Source: Pseudomonas aeruginosa PAO1 (GTDB taxonomy: Bacteria > Pseudomonadota > Gammaproteobacteria > Pseudomonadales > Pseudomonadaceae). From it: a DNA stretch of 64,000 nucleotides. The stretch lies in the NCBI RefSeq assembly GCF_000006765.1, contig NC_002516.2; one strand, written 5' to 3'. The first letter of the stretch is position 1. Each line of letters opens with the position of its first letter. Below, piece after piece: positions 1 to 8,415 of this stretch. The position numbers and the translations under genes are program-made. Under the pieces are notes generated by a model that had not been told where the DNA came from, made no database searches, and was given only the letters and a program-made list of their open reading frames with translations.

Positions 1-1
1 C

Positions 2-1207
2 TTCATCGCCCCGGCCCTGGCCCACGACTGGCAACTGAGCCCGGCGCAACTCAGCCCGATCCTCGGCGCCGCACTGGCCGGCCTGGCCCTCGGCGCCTTC
101 GCCGCCGGCCCGCTGGCCGACCGTTTCGGACGCAAGAGCGTGCTCCTGCTCTCGGTGCTGTTCTTCGGCGGCTGGAGCCTCGCCTCGGCCTACGCCGGTT
201 CGGTGGAAACCCTGGCCCTGCTGCGCTTTTTCACCGGCCTCGGCCTGGGCGGGGCGATGCCCAACGCGATCACCCTGACCTCCGAATACTGCCCGCGCCG
301 GCACCGCGCGCTGATGGTTACCGCGATGTTCTGCGGCTTCACCCTCGGCTCGGCGCTGGGCGGCCTGCTCGCCGCGCGGATGGTCCCGGCGCTGGGCTGG
401 GAAAGCGTGCTGCTGCTCGGCGGCGGCCTGCCCCTGGCGAGCCTGCCGCTGCTCTGGGCATGCCTGCCGGAGTCGGTGCGCTTCCTCGCCCGCCGCGCAC
501 CGGACGCGGCGCGCCTGCGGCGCATCCTCGAACGCCTGGGGCGCCTGCCCGACGGCTGGGCCGGACGCCTCGAACTGCCCGCCGACGAGTCCGACGGCAC
601 CTCGCCCCTGCGGCAGATCCTCGGCGCCGAGCTGCGCGGCGGCACCCTGCTGCTCTGGGCCACCTTTTTCATGGGCCTGCTGATCATCTACCTGCTGACC
701 AACTGGCTGCCGACGCTGATCGGCGGCACCGGCTTCAGTCTCGGCGAGGCGGCGACGATCAGCGCCATGTTCCAGCTCGGCGGCACCCTCGGCGCACTCC
801 TCCTGGGCAGCGCCATGGATCGCTTCGACGCGCACCGGGTGCTGAGCCTGGCCTACGTCGGCGGCGCCCTGTTCATCCTCGGCATCGCCAGCCTCTACCA
901 CAGCTTCGCCCTGCTGGCGCTGTGCGTCGCCGGCGTCGGTTTCTGCATCAGCGGCTCGCAGGTCGGCGCCAACGCCCTGGCCGCCGATTTCTATCCGACC
1001 CGCAGCCGCGCCACCGGGGTCAGCTGGGCCCTCGGCCTGGGCCGCATCGGCTCGATCGTCGGCTCCCTTAGCGGCGGCGCCCTGCTCGGCCTGGGCCTGG
1101 GCTTCAGCGGCATCCTCGCCCTGCTGGTGATCCCGGCGCTGCTCGCCGCCGTGGCCGTGCATCGCCTGGGCCGGCGCCGGGCCAGGCCTTCTCCCACCAC
1201 TCTCTGA
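2..1207 (+). CDS. Aromatic acid:H+ symporter (AAHS/MFS, PcaK/BenK-like), 5'-truncated by the window edge; PA2472, gentisate operon
   Basis: Frame is open from base 2 (FIAPALAHDW...GPLADRFGRKSV = MFS motif A), with multiple TM segments and EFYPT/GxGRxG-type C-terminal motifs (ADFYPTRSRATG, GLGRIGSIVG). Confidence 0.9.
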   Translation, partial: FIAPALAHDWQLSPAQLSPILGAALAGLALGAFAAGPLADRFGRKSVLLLSVLFFGGWSLASAYAGSVETLALLRFFTGLGLGGAMPNAITLTSEYCPRRHRALMVTAMFCGFTLGSALGGLLAARMVPALGWESVLLLGGGLPLASLPLLWACLPESVRFLARRAPDAARLRRILERLGRLPDGWAGRLELPADESDGTSPLRQILGAELRGGTLLLWATFFMGLLIIYLLTNWLPTLIGGTGFSLGEAATISAMFQLGGTLGALLLGSAMDRFDAHRVLSLAYVGGALFILGIASLYHSFALLALCVAGVGFCISGSQVGANALAADFYPTRSRATGVSWALGLGRIGSIVGSLSGGALLGLGLGFSGILALLVIPALLAAVAVHRLGRRRARPSPTTL

Positions 1208-1219
1208 ACAGGACTTTCC

Positions 1220-1864
1220 ATGCAGCTCTACAGCTTCTTCAACAGCTCCACGTCCTATCGGGTGCGTATCGCATTGGCCCTGAAAGGCCTGGATTACCAG
1301 GTAGTGCCGGTCAACCTGCGGCAGGGCGAGCAACTGCGCCCGGCCGACCGCCAGCGCAACCCGATGGGCGCGCTGCCGACCCTGGTCGACGCCGACGGTC
1401 GCCGGTTCAGCCAGTCGCTGGCGATCATCGACTACCTCGACGCCGTGCAGCCCGAACCGCGCCTGATCCCTCTCGACCCACTGCATCGCGCCCAGGCGCT
1501 GGAACTGGCCCTGCTGGTGGCCTGCGACATCCATCCGCTGAACAACGTGCGGGTGCTCAAGTACCTGACCCAGGTCCTCGGCATAGACGCCGAGGACCGC
1601 CAGCGCTGGTACGCGCACTGGGTCGCCGAGGGCCTGGCGGCGGCGGAGACCCTGCTGAACCGACACCGTCGCGGCGCCTTCTTCGCCGGCGCCGCAGCGG
1701 GCATCGTCGAGTGCTGCCTGGTACCGCAACTGGCCAACGCCCGGCGCATGGGCTGTGACCTGGCGCCCTACCCGGCGTTGCTCGAACTGGAGGGGCGCTG
1801 CCTGGCGCTCGAAGCCTTCCAGCGCGCCAGCCCCGAGCGCCAGCCCGACTACCTGCCGGACTGA
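1220..1864 (+). CDS. Maleylpyruvate/maleylacetoacetate isomerase (GST zeta class); PA2473
   Basis: N-terminal YSFFNSSTSYRVRIALALKG and DIHPLNNVRVL motifs typical of zeta GSTs; AGGA RBS; follows an aromatic acid transporter. Confidence 0.9.
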   Translation: MQLYSFFNSSTSYRVRIALALKGLDYQVVPVNLRQGEQLRPADRQRNPMGALPTLVDADGRRFSQSLAIIDYLDAVQPEPRLIPLDPLHRAQALELALLVACDIHPLNNVRVLKYLTQVLGIDAEDRQRWYAHWVAEGLAAAETLLNRHRRGAFFAGAAAGIVECCLVPQLANARRMGCDLAPYPALLELEGRCLALEAFQRASPERQPDYLPD

Positions 1865-1881
1865 CGCGCTGCCCCGTGGAA

Positions 1882-1892
1882 AACAACAACAA
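1882..1892 (+). promoter_or_regulatory. Hfq/Crc catabolite-activity (AAnAAnAA) motif
   Basis: AACAACAACAA directly upstream of the AAGGA RBS and the ATG at 1906. Confidence 0.65.
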
Positions 1893-1905
1893 GAAGGACA
1901 CGCCC

Positions 1906-2817
1906 ATGACCACCCGCATCCGGGCCAGCCTGCTGGCCCTGCCCCTGCTGCTGCCCTCGTTCCAGGCTATCGCCGCGCTGCCGGGGATGAACCTCGGCCA
2001 GACCTCCTTCCTCGACGGCAAGGCCCTGCCCGGCACGCTGTTCCAGCAGTTCGTGAATATCTACGAGGCCGACGACTTCATGGACGCCAACGGTCACCGG
2101 CGCCCGCTCGACAACCGCCTGCGCACCCTGCTCGCCACCAGCCACTTCGCCCACATCAGCCAGCACCAGCTGTTCGGCGCCTACTACGGCGCGGAAATCC
2201 TCGTCCCGGTGCTGCTCGCCGATCCCGACTTCGAACCCCACGCCGGCAGCGCCAACGGCCTCGGCAACCTGATCGTCAGTCCGTTCATCCTGCAATGGCC
2301 GCAGACCGAGCTGTTCGGCCGGCCCTACTGGCAGCGCCTGAACCTCGCCTTCCAGTTACCCACCGGGCGCTACGACAGGCATCGGGCGATCAATCCCGGC
2401 AGCAACCACTGGAGCTTCAACCCGCACTACGCGCTGACCTGGGAATTCGCCGAAGGCTGGGAAGCCAGCGCTCGCCTGCAGTACCTGTTGCCGGGCAAGA
2501 ATCGCGACCCGGCGCCGCCGTTGGCCGACGACTACCTGCAACCGGGCCAGGCGTTCCACGCCAACTACTCGGTATCGCTGGCGCTGGATGCGCATTGGCG
2601 GCTCGGGTTGTCCGGCTACAGCCTGCGACAGATCACCGACGAGCGGGTCGACGGCCACGACCGCCCGGACTCCCGCGAGCGGGTCGATGCCATCGGCCCG
2701 GCGCTGATGTTCGGCTGGGGCAAGTCGCGGCTGTTCCTCAACGCCTATCACGAATACGGCGCACGCAACCGCAGCGAGGGCAGCCGGCTGATCCTGCGCT
2801 ACTCGCAGGTCTTCTGA
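1906..2817 (+). CDS. Putative outer-membrane beta-barrel uptake channel (SphA / phenol MetA-pathway family); PA2474
   Basis: Signal peptide (MTTRIRASLLALPLLLPSFQAIA), GxTSFLDG N-terminal motif, amphipathic strands, C-terminal Phe (RYSQVF). ATG 1906 has an RBS; the GTG at 1876 does not. Confidence 0.75.
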   Translation: MTTRIRASLLALPLLLPSFQAIAALPGMNLGQTSFLDGKALPGTLFQQFVNIYEADDFMDANGHRRPLDNRLRTLLATSHFAHISQHQLFGAYYGAEILVPVLLADPDFEPHAGSANGLGNLIVSPFILQWPQTELFGRPYWQRLNLAFQLPTGRYDRHRAINPGSNHWSFNPHYALTWEFAEGWEASARLQYLLPGKNRDPAPPLADDYLQPGQAFHANYSVSLALDAHWRLGLSGYSLRQITDERVDGHDRPDSRERVDAIGPALMFGWGKSRLFLNAYHEYGARNRSEGSRLILRYSQVF

Positions 2818-4133
2818 GCGTCGCCTTCCGGGACGATCGGCAAGCGCTCCAGGGTGCGGAACACCGAGCTGCGCCGCCAGCGCAGGTCCGTCGGTTCCGA
2901 GGCCAGGGCGAAACGGCGACGCACCAGGCCGCGCAATGCGCATTGCAATTCGAGCCGGGCCAGGTACGCGCCCAGGCAGTAGTGCGGACCATGGGCGAAC
3001 GCCACGTGCTGCTTGGCGTTCGCTCGCTGCAACTGCAGGCGGTCGGGGGCGGCGAACATCTCCGGGTCGCGGTTCGCCGCGAGGAAGCTCAGCCAGACCT
3101 TCTCTCCAGGCGGAATCCGCTGGCCGCCGATCTCCACCTCCTCCAGGGTGCAACGCACGCCGCCGCGCACCGCGCCATCGAAGCGCAGCAGTTCCTCCAC
3201 CGCGTTCGCCGCCAGCTCCGGGCACCGCCGCAGCAGGTCGAGCTGGTCGGGATGGGTGAGCAGCGCCAGCGTAGCGTTGCCGACCATGCTGATGGTGGTT
3301 TCGAAGGCGGCCATGAACACCATGGCATAGGCCGCTACCAGGTCCTCGAGGCCCAGTCCGGCCTCCAGCATCGCGGCGCCGTCGAGGATGCTCGGCGCCG
3401 CGCCGGACGGCGGGCGCGAAGAGCCATCGCTCCAGCCGCGCGCCTGGCGTTGCAGGTAGTCGCTGAAGGCGACCGCGCTGCGGTTGATCTGCCCGGCATC
3501 GCCGTGGCTGGCGGCGAGATCGAGCCCGGCGGCCAGATCGCGGCCCCAGGGCAGCAGTTGCCCGGTATCTTCGCGGGGAAAGCCGAACAGCTCGGCGGCC
3601 ACCCGGATCGTCAGCGGTTCGGCGAAATCCCTGAGCAGATCGGGCTCGCGGCGCTCCAGCAAGCTGTCGAGGAGTTCTTCCACCAGCACCTCGATGCGCG
3701 CTTCCCAGCGGCGCACGGCGTCGGGGCCGAAGGCCGGAGCGAACAGCCTGCGCAGGCGGGTGTGCCGCGGCGCGTCGTTGAACAGCATGAAGTTGTCGTA
3801 GAAGCGCGCCAGCGGTTGCAATTGCTGGTGGCCGAACCAGCTGGCGCCGCCCTGGCGGACGCCGGCGGCGCCAAGGCGAGCGGGGTCGGCGGAGAAACGG
3901 CGGTCGCGCAGGCACGCCGAAACATCGGCATAGCGACTGATCCACCAGATCGAGGCCTGGTCGCGGCAGACCGGCGCACGGGAGCGGATCAGCCGCAACA
4001 GCGGATAGGGATCGGCGACGAAGTCGGGATGGTAGGTGTGGATGTCGAAACCGTCGCTCCGCGGGGCGAGCGCCGGACGCTGAGCGTCATGGCGCGGCTG
4101 CGCGCTGCCTTCCTCGCTGAATGCGTCGTCCAT
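2799..4133 (-). CDS. Cytochrome P450 (CYP168A1-type); PA2475
   Basis: Heme signature FAHGPHYCLG, K-helix EELLR, I-helix AAFETT, ANRDPEMF meander; GGAG RBS. Confidence 0.95.
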   Translation of the reverse strand: MDDAFSEEGSAQPRHDAQRPALAPRSDGFDIHTYHPDFVADPYPLLRLIRSRAPVCRDQASIWWISRYADVSACLRDRRFSADPARLGAAGVRQGGASWFGHQQLQPLARFYDNFMLFNDAPRHTRLRRLFAPAFGPDAVRRWEARIEVLVEELLDSLLERREPDLLRDFAEPLTIRVAAELFGFPREDTGQLLPWGRDLAAGLDLAASHGDAGQINRSAVAFSDYLQRQARGWSDGSSRPPSGAAPSILDGAAMLEAGLGLEDLVAAYAMVFMAAFETTISMVGNATLALLTHPDQLDLLRRCPELAANAVEELLRFDGAVRGGVRCTLEEVEIGGQRIPPGEKVWLSFLAANRDPEMFAAPDRLQLQRANAKQHVAFAHGPHYCLGAYLARLELQCALRGLVRRRFALASEPTDLRWRRSSVFRTLERLPIVPEGDAQKTCE

Positions 4134-4205
4134 GGCCCTTGCTCCGCTGGGTTGGCGTAACGCAGGGAGTATAGATGGCCGGCGGCTCGGCGCCGGCCCG
4201 GAGGA

Positions 4206-4976
4206 TCAGCGCGGACCGAGGATCTCCGCCAACTGGTCCGGCTGCGGCGCGCCCTGTTGCTGCTGCATGCGCCCCTCGGCATTGAGATAGAAGATCGCCG
4301 GGGTCGCCGCGGCGCCCATCGACTCCATCAGTTCCATGTTGCCGGCGAGCTGCTTGCGCACCGCCGCCGGGATCTTCGCCAGCGGCTTCAGGGTGCTGGC
4401 CTTGCCCGCCTGCTCATGGTCGTGCAGGGCCTTCTGCGGGTCCTTGCTGGCCAGCAGCGCGGCGGACTTGGCTTCGCTGTCCTCGCGGATGATGCCGACC
4501 ATGATATGCCGCAACTGCACCTTGCCGGCATCCACCCAGGGTCGCGCCTGCTCCCAGAACATGGTGCAGTACGGGCAGTTCGGGTCGCTGAACAGGTAGA
4601 CCACGCGCGGCGCGTCGGCACGGCCATCGGCGATCCAGGCGCTCTGCTCCATCTTCTGCCACATTTCCTTGGCCAGCGGCGCATACACCAGGCGCTCCAG
4701 CGGTTCGCGGCTGAGGTCCTTGCCCTGGGCGTCGAACAGGTGGCCGGTGAGTACGTGCTTGCCGTCGGGCGTCAGGTACAGCGCCATGCCCTGGTTCTGG
4801 TATTCGGCGGCGTAGCCGCGCAGGCCATCCGGGGCGTCGAAGCTGCCGAGGATGCGGGCGCCCTTCTCCTGGACCATGCGGATCGGCGCCGGCAGCTCCT
4901 CCGCCGCCGTGGCCAGGCCGGCGTTGAGGAGGGTCAGGCCCAGGCCAAGGGTGATCAGGTTGCGCGGCAGTCTCAT
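4206..4976 (-). CDS. dsbG: Thiol:disulfide interchange protein DsbG
   Basis: Signal peptide, FSDPNCPYC active site, ATPAI cis-Pro loop. ATG at 4976 overlaps the upstream stop (ATGA). Confidence 0.92.
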   Translation of the reverse strand: MRLPRNLITLGLGLTLLNAGLATAAEELPAPIRMVQEKGARILGSFDAPDGLRGYAAEYQNQGMALYLTPDGKHVLTGHLFDAQGKDLSREPLERLVYAPLAKEMWQKMEQSAWIADGRADAPRVVYLFSDPNCPYCTMFWEQARPWVDAGKVQLRHIMVGIIREDSEAKSAALLASKDPQKALHDHEQAGKASTLKPLAKIPAAVRKQLAGNMELMESMGAAATPAIFYLNAEGRMQQQQGAPQPDQLAEILGPR

Positions 4977-5809
4977 TCGGAACTCCTGGTTGCGGGGGCG
5001 GCAGCGGCCGGCTCGAAGGCTTCGAGGTAGCGCGCCAGGCTGCCGCGGGACAGTTCGCCGAGATGGCTGCCCAGCAGGCGGCCCTCGGCGGTGTAGAAAA
5101 CGGTGGTGGGCAAGGCGACCGAGCCGACCTGCTGGCCAAGCTGCCCGCCGTTGTCGAACAGCAGGTTGTCCAGGCGCAGGTTCTCGCCCTGGAGGAAATG
5201 GCGCACGGTCTCGGCGCTCTCGCCCTGGTTGGCGAAGAGGAACACTACGTCGGGATTCTCCGCCTGCGCCTGTTGCAGCACCGGCATCTCGCGCCGACAC
5301 GGCGGGCACCAGCTGGCCCAGAGGTTGATCACCAGCGGGCGGCCCCGGAAATCGGCCAGTTGCACCGACTCGCCGGCGGCGTTGCGCAGGCTCAGTTCGG
5401 GCAGGCGCGTACCGCGCTCGTAGATGCCCAGGCCCAGGCTGCCAAGCAGCCAGAACGCCAGTCCGAGGCTGGCGCCGACACCCAGCGAGCGACGTAGCGC
5501 CGGTCGCCGCCAGGCCCAGAACAGCGCGCCGAGTACAGCGGCGAGCAGGCCTGGCCAGGCGAGGAAACCGCCATCGCGGATATCCAGCATCTGTGCGAAG
5601 TCGCCGCGGTACTGCGGCCAGTAGCGCACCACGAAGGCCAGGCGCGCCACCAGCAGGCCGAGCAACAACAGGTTGAACAGCACCGGCTCGGCGTTGCGCC
5701 CGCCGCCGCGCGCCGCCAGCCAACCACCGAGCAGCGCGGCGCCGAGGGCGAGGAACAGCAGCAGGTGTTGCAGCGAGACCACCAGCGGCCCCAGGGAAAA
5801 ACTCAGCAT
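4973..5809 (-). CDS. dsbE: Membrane-anchored TlpA/DsbE-type thioredoxin with an Lgt-like N-terminal membrane domain; PA2477
   Basis: INLWASWCPPCRREMP and ALPTT motifs; N-terminal ~130 aa hydrophobic; start coupled to the dsbD stop (TGATG). Confidence 0.85.
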   Translation of the reverse strand: MLSFSLGPLVVSLQHLLLFLALGAALLGGWLAARGGGRNAEPVLFNLLLLGLLVARLAFVVRYWPQYRGDFAQMLDIRDGGFLAWPGLLAAVLGALFWAWRRPALRRSLGVGASLGLAFWLLGSLGLGIYERGTRLPELSLRNAAGESVQLADFRGRPLVINLWASWCPPCRREMPVLQQAQAENPDVVFLFANQGESAETVRHFLQGENLRLDNLLFDNGGQLGQQVGSVALPTTVFYTAEGRLLGSHLGELSRGSLARYLEAFEPAAAAPATRSSE

Positions 5810-7572
5810 CAGCCGCGCTCCCGGGTCGCCTGCCAATGGGCGAGGAAGCCGCCGGCGTCGACTTCGCCGGTCAACCGGCGCGCGCGGCGCTCCTCGCCTT
5901 CCGGGCCGATCCAGATCAGGCTCGGCGGGCCGGGTACCTGGTAGCGGTGCAGCAGCTCGCGGCTGGCGGCGTTATCCGCGGTCACGTCGAGCCGCAGCAG
6001 GCGCACGCCCTGCAGGGCGGCGAGCACATCGGGCTTGGCGAACACCTGTTTCTCCATGATCCGGCAGGACACGCACCAGTCAGCGTAGTAGTCGAGCAGC
6101 ACCCATTGTCCCTCGGCCTTGGCCGCAGCCAACTGACGGTCCAGCTCGGCCGGCTGGCTCACCGTGAGGAACGCCTCGTGGGCGCTGGCCGTCGGCGTAG
6201 CGCCCCGGTTCGCCGCCGCATACACCTGTAGCGGACGCCAGGGGTCGTCGGCCCCGGCCGCGGCGCCCAGCAACATCGCCGCGCCCCAGAGACCGAAGAT
6301 GCAGCCCGCCGCGCCGAACAGCACCGCGTGCCGCGCCAGGCCTCGCGCCGTATGCAGCGCGGCGTAGGCCAGGACCAGCAGCAACGCGCCGCCAAGGCCG
6401 ATCCACAGCGCCTCGCCGAGCAGCGGACGCAGGAGTATCCAGGCGGTGCCGAGGAAAAGGAAGCCGAACACGCCCTTGACCAGGTTCATCCAGGGACCGG
6501 GCTTGGGCAGGAAGCGGCTGCCGACCGTCACCAGCAGCAACAGCGGCATGCCGATGCCGAGGCCCAGGCTGAACAGCACCAGGCCGCCATGCAGGGCATT
6601 GCCGGTCTGCGCGATATAGAGCAAGGCGCCGGCCAGCGGCGCGGTCATGCACGGCCCCACCAGCAGCCCGGACAACGCGCCGAGCGCGGCCGCGCCGGCC
6701 AGGCTGCCGCCCTTGCGGCCGCGACTGAGACCGTCGAGGCGGTCGCGCAGGGCAGCCGGCAGTTGCAGTTCGAAGAAGCCGAACATCGGCAGCGCGAGGA
6801 ACACGAACAGCGCGGCGAAGCTGCCCAGCAGCCACGGCTGTTGCAGCCAGGCCTGCAGGTTGCCGCCAAGCAGCGCCGCGACCACCCCGAGTCCGGCGTA
6901 GACCAGCGCCATGCTCAGCACGTAGCTACCGGCCAGCAGCAGGCCGCGACGAGGGCCGGCGCCGCTGCCGACCACCAGCCCGGCGAGGATCGGCAGCATC
7001 GGCAGCGAACAGGGAGCGAACGCCAGCAGCAGGCCGAGGCCGAAGAACAGCAACAGGCTCCAGGCCAGGTTGCCGGCCTGCAGGCTGCCGGCCAGGCCCT
7101 GGTCCTCGGCGACTTCGCCGCTCGTCCCGGCGGCGGCAGGGCCGGTACCGCCCAGGTCGAGCGCCTGGCTCTGCGGCGGATAGCACAGGCCGGCATCGGC
7201 GCAGCCCTGCCAGCCCAGGCGCAGTTGTCCGGCGGCGGCCGCCGGCAGGGTCAGTTCCAGGCTCTGGCGATAGACCTGCGACTCGCCGAAGAACTCGTCG
7301 CTGTGGCTTTCGCCGGGCGGCAGCTGCGGCTGCAAGGCCGGGTCGAGTCCGTCGAAGCGCAGGCGCTTCTGGTACAGGTAGTAGCCCGGCGCGATCTGCC
7401 AGCGCAGTTGCACCTGGCCGTCGTCGAGGCGCTCCCAGGTGAAGCGGAAGGCTTTCTCCACCGGCAGGAAATCCGTCTGCGTCGCGCCGCGCGGCGCGAA
7501 CAGGTCGTCGCCCGGTTGCGCCTGGGACAGGCCCGGCAGCAGGAGCATCAGGAGCAGGATCAACACACGCAT
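5809..7572 (-). CDS. dsbD: Thiol:disulfide interchange protein DsbD (DipZ2); PA2478
   Basis: N-domain GCADAGLCYPP, TM-domain APCSLPM and GPCMTAPL cysteines, C-terminal thioredoxin ADWCVSC. Confidence 0.93.
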   Translation of the reverse strand: MRVLILLLMLLLPGLSQAQPGDDLFAPRGATQTDFLPVEKAFRFTWERLDDGQVQLRWQIAPGYYLYQKRLRFDGLDPALQPQLPPGESHSDEFFGESQVYRQSLELTLPAAAAGQLRLGWQGCADAGLCYPPQSQALDLGGTGPAAAGTSGEVAEDQGLAGSLQAGNLAWSLLLFFGLGLLLAFAPCSLPMLPILAGLVVGSGAGPRRGLLLAGSYVLSMALVYAGLGVVAALLGGNLQAWLQQPWLLGSFAALFVFLALPMFGFFELQLPAALRDRLDGLSRGRKGGSLAGAAALGALSGLLVGPCMTAPLAGALLYIAQTGNALHGGLVLFSLGLGIGMPLLLLVTVGSRFLPKPGPWMNLVKGVFGFLFLGTAWILLRPLLGEALWIGLGGALLLVLAYAALHTARGLARHAVLFGAAGCIFGLWGAAMLLGAAAGADDPWRPLQVYAAANRGATPTASAHEAFLTVSQPAELDRQLAAAKAEGQWVLLDYYADWCVSCRIMEKQVFAKPDVLAALQGVRLLRLDVTADNAASRELLHRYQVPGPPSLIWIGPEGEERRARRLTGEVDAGGFLAHWQATRERG

Positions 7573-7603
7573 GGATAACGCCTTCTACGATGAACTCGGC
7601 GGC

Positions 7604-7635
7604 AGCATGGCCAGCGACGATTAACAGGCCGTTAA
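7604..7635 (-). promoter_or_regulatory. DsbR (QseB-type) direct-repeat box and -10 of the dsbDEG promoter
   Basis: TTAA-N7-TTAA (7621-7635), then on the minus strand N11 and CATGCT (7609-7604); fits the TTA-N8-TTAA site I recall for DsbR. Confidence 0.7.
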
Positions 7636-7675
7636 CGCGGCCACGGGAAAACCCCGGCGACGCGCCGGGCGGGGC

Positions 7676-7710
7676 ATAATCCTGGCTTAATTCGCCCGCT
7701 TCAGACTCCT
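7676..7710 (+). promoter_or_regulatory. Second DsbR-like box and -10, probable autoregulatory dsbRS promoter
   Basis: ATAA-N7-TTAA (7676-7690), N11, CAGACT (7702-7707): same spacing as the dsbD side. Confidence 0.55.
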
Positions 7711-7734
7711 ATCCCTTTAACCAGCGATACCGCC

Positions 7735-8415
7735 ATGCATGTACTGCTCACCGAAGACGACGACCTGATCGCCAGCGGCATCGTCGCCGGCCTCAACGCC
7801 CAGGGCCTGACCGTGGACCGGGTGGCCAGCGCCGCCGATACCCAGGCGCTGCTCCAGGTGGCGCGCTTCGACGTGCTGGTCCTCGATCTCGGCCTGCCCG
7901 ACGAGGACGGCCTGCGCCTGCTGCAGCGCCTGCGCCAGCAGGGCGTCGACCTGCCGGTGCTGGTGCTGACCGCGCGCGACGCGGTGACCGACCGGGTCGC
8001 CGGGCTGCAGGCCGGCGCCGACGACTACCTGCTCAAGCCCTTCGACCTGCGCGAACTCGGCGCCCGCCTGCATACCTTGCAGCGGCGCTCCGCCGGGCGT
8101 TGCGTCAACGTCATCGAACACGGCCGCCTCAGCTACGATCCGAGCACCCGCGAAACCTGGCTCGACGGCCGCCCCGTGGAACTGTCGCGACGCGAACAGG
8201 CGCTGTTGCAGGCATTGCTCAACAACCGCGGGCGGATCCTCAGCGGCGAGCAGCTCAAGGACAGCGTCTATGGCTTCGGCGACGAGGTCGAGAGCAACGC
8301 CCTCAACGTCCACATCCATCACCTGCGGCGCAAGCTCGGCAACGCCATCGTGCAGACCGTGCGCGGCCTCGGCTACCGCCTCGGGCCGGCGCGCGGCGAC
8401 GGAGACGACGCATGA
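7735..8415 (+). CDS. dsbR: OmpR/QseB-family response regulator DsbR; PA2479
   Basis: EDD, DLGLPD, LTARD, KPF receiver motifs; winged-helix NALNVHIHHLRRKL and TVRGLGY. Confidence 0.9.
   Translation: MHVLLTEDDDLIASGIVAGLNAQGLTVDRVASAADTQALLQVARFDVLVLDLGLPDEDGLRLLQRLRQQGVDLPVLVLTARDAVTDRVAGLQAGADDYLLKPFDLRELGARLHTLQRRSAGRCVNVIEHGRLSYDPSTRETWLDGRPVELSRREQALLQALLNNRGRILSGEQLKDSVYGFGDEVESNALNVHIHHLRRKLGNAIVQTVRGLGYRLGPARGDGDDA

Noticed and set aside
1-4133. Idea that the P450 supplies gentisate to the adjacent operon
   Set aside because: Opposite strand, no shared promoter, and recalled substrate data point to fatty acids; adjacency is the only support.
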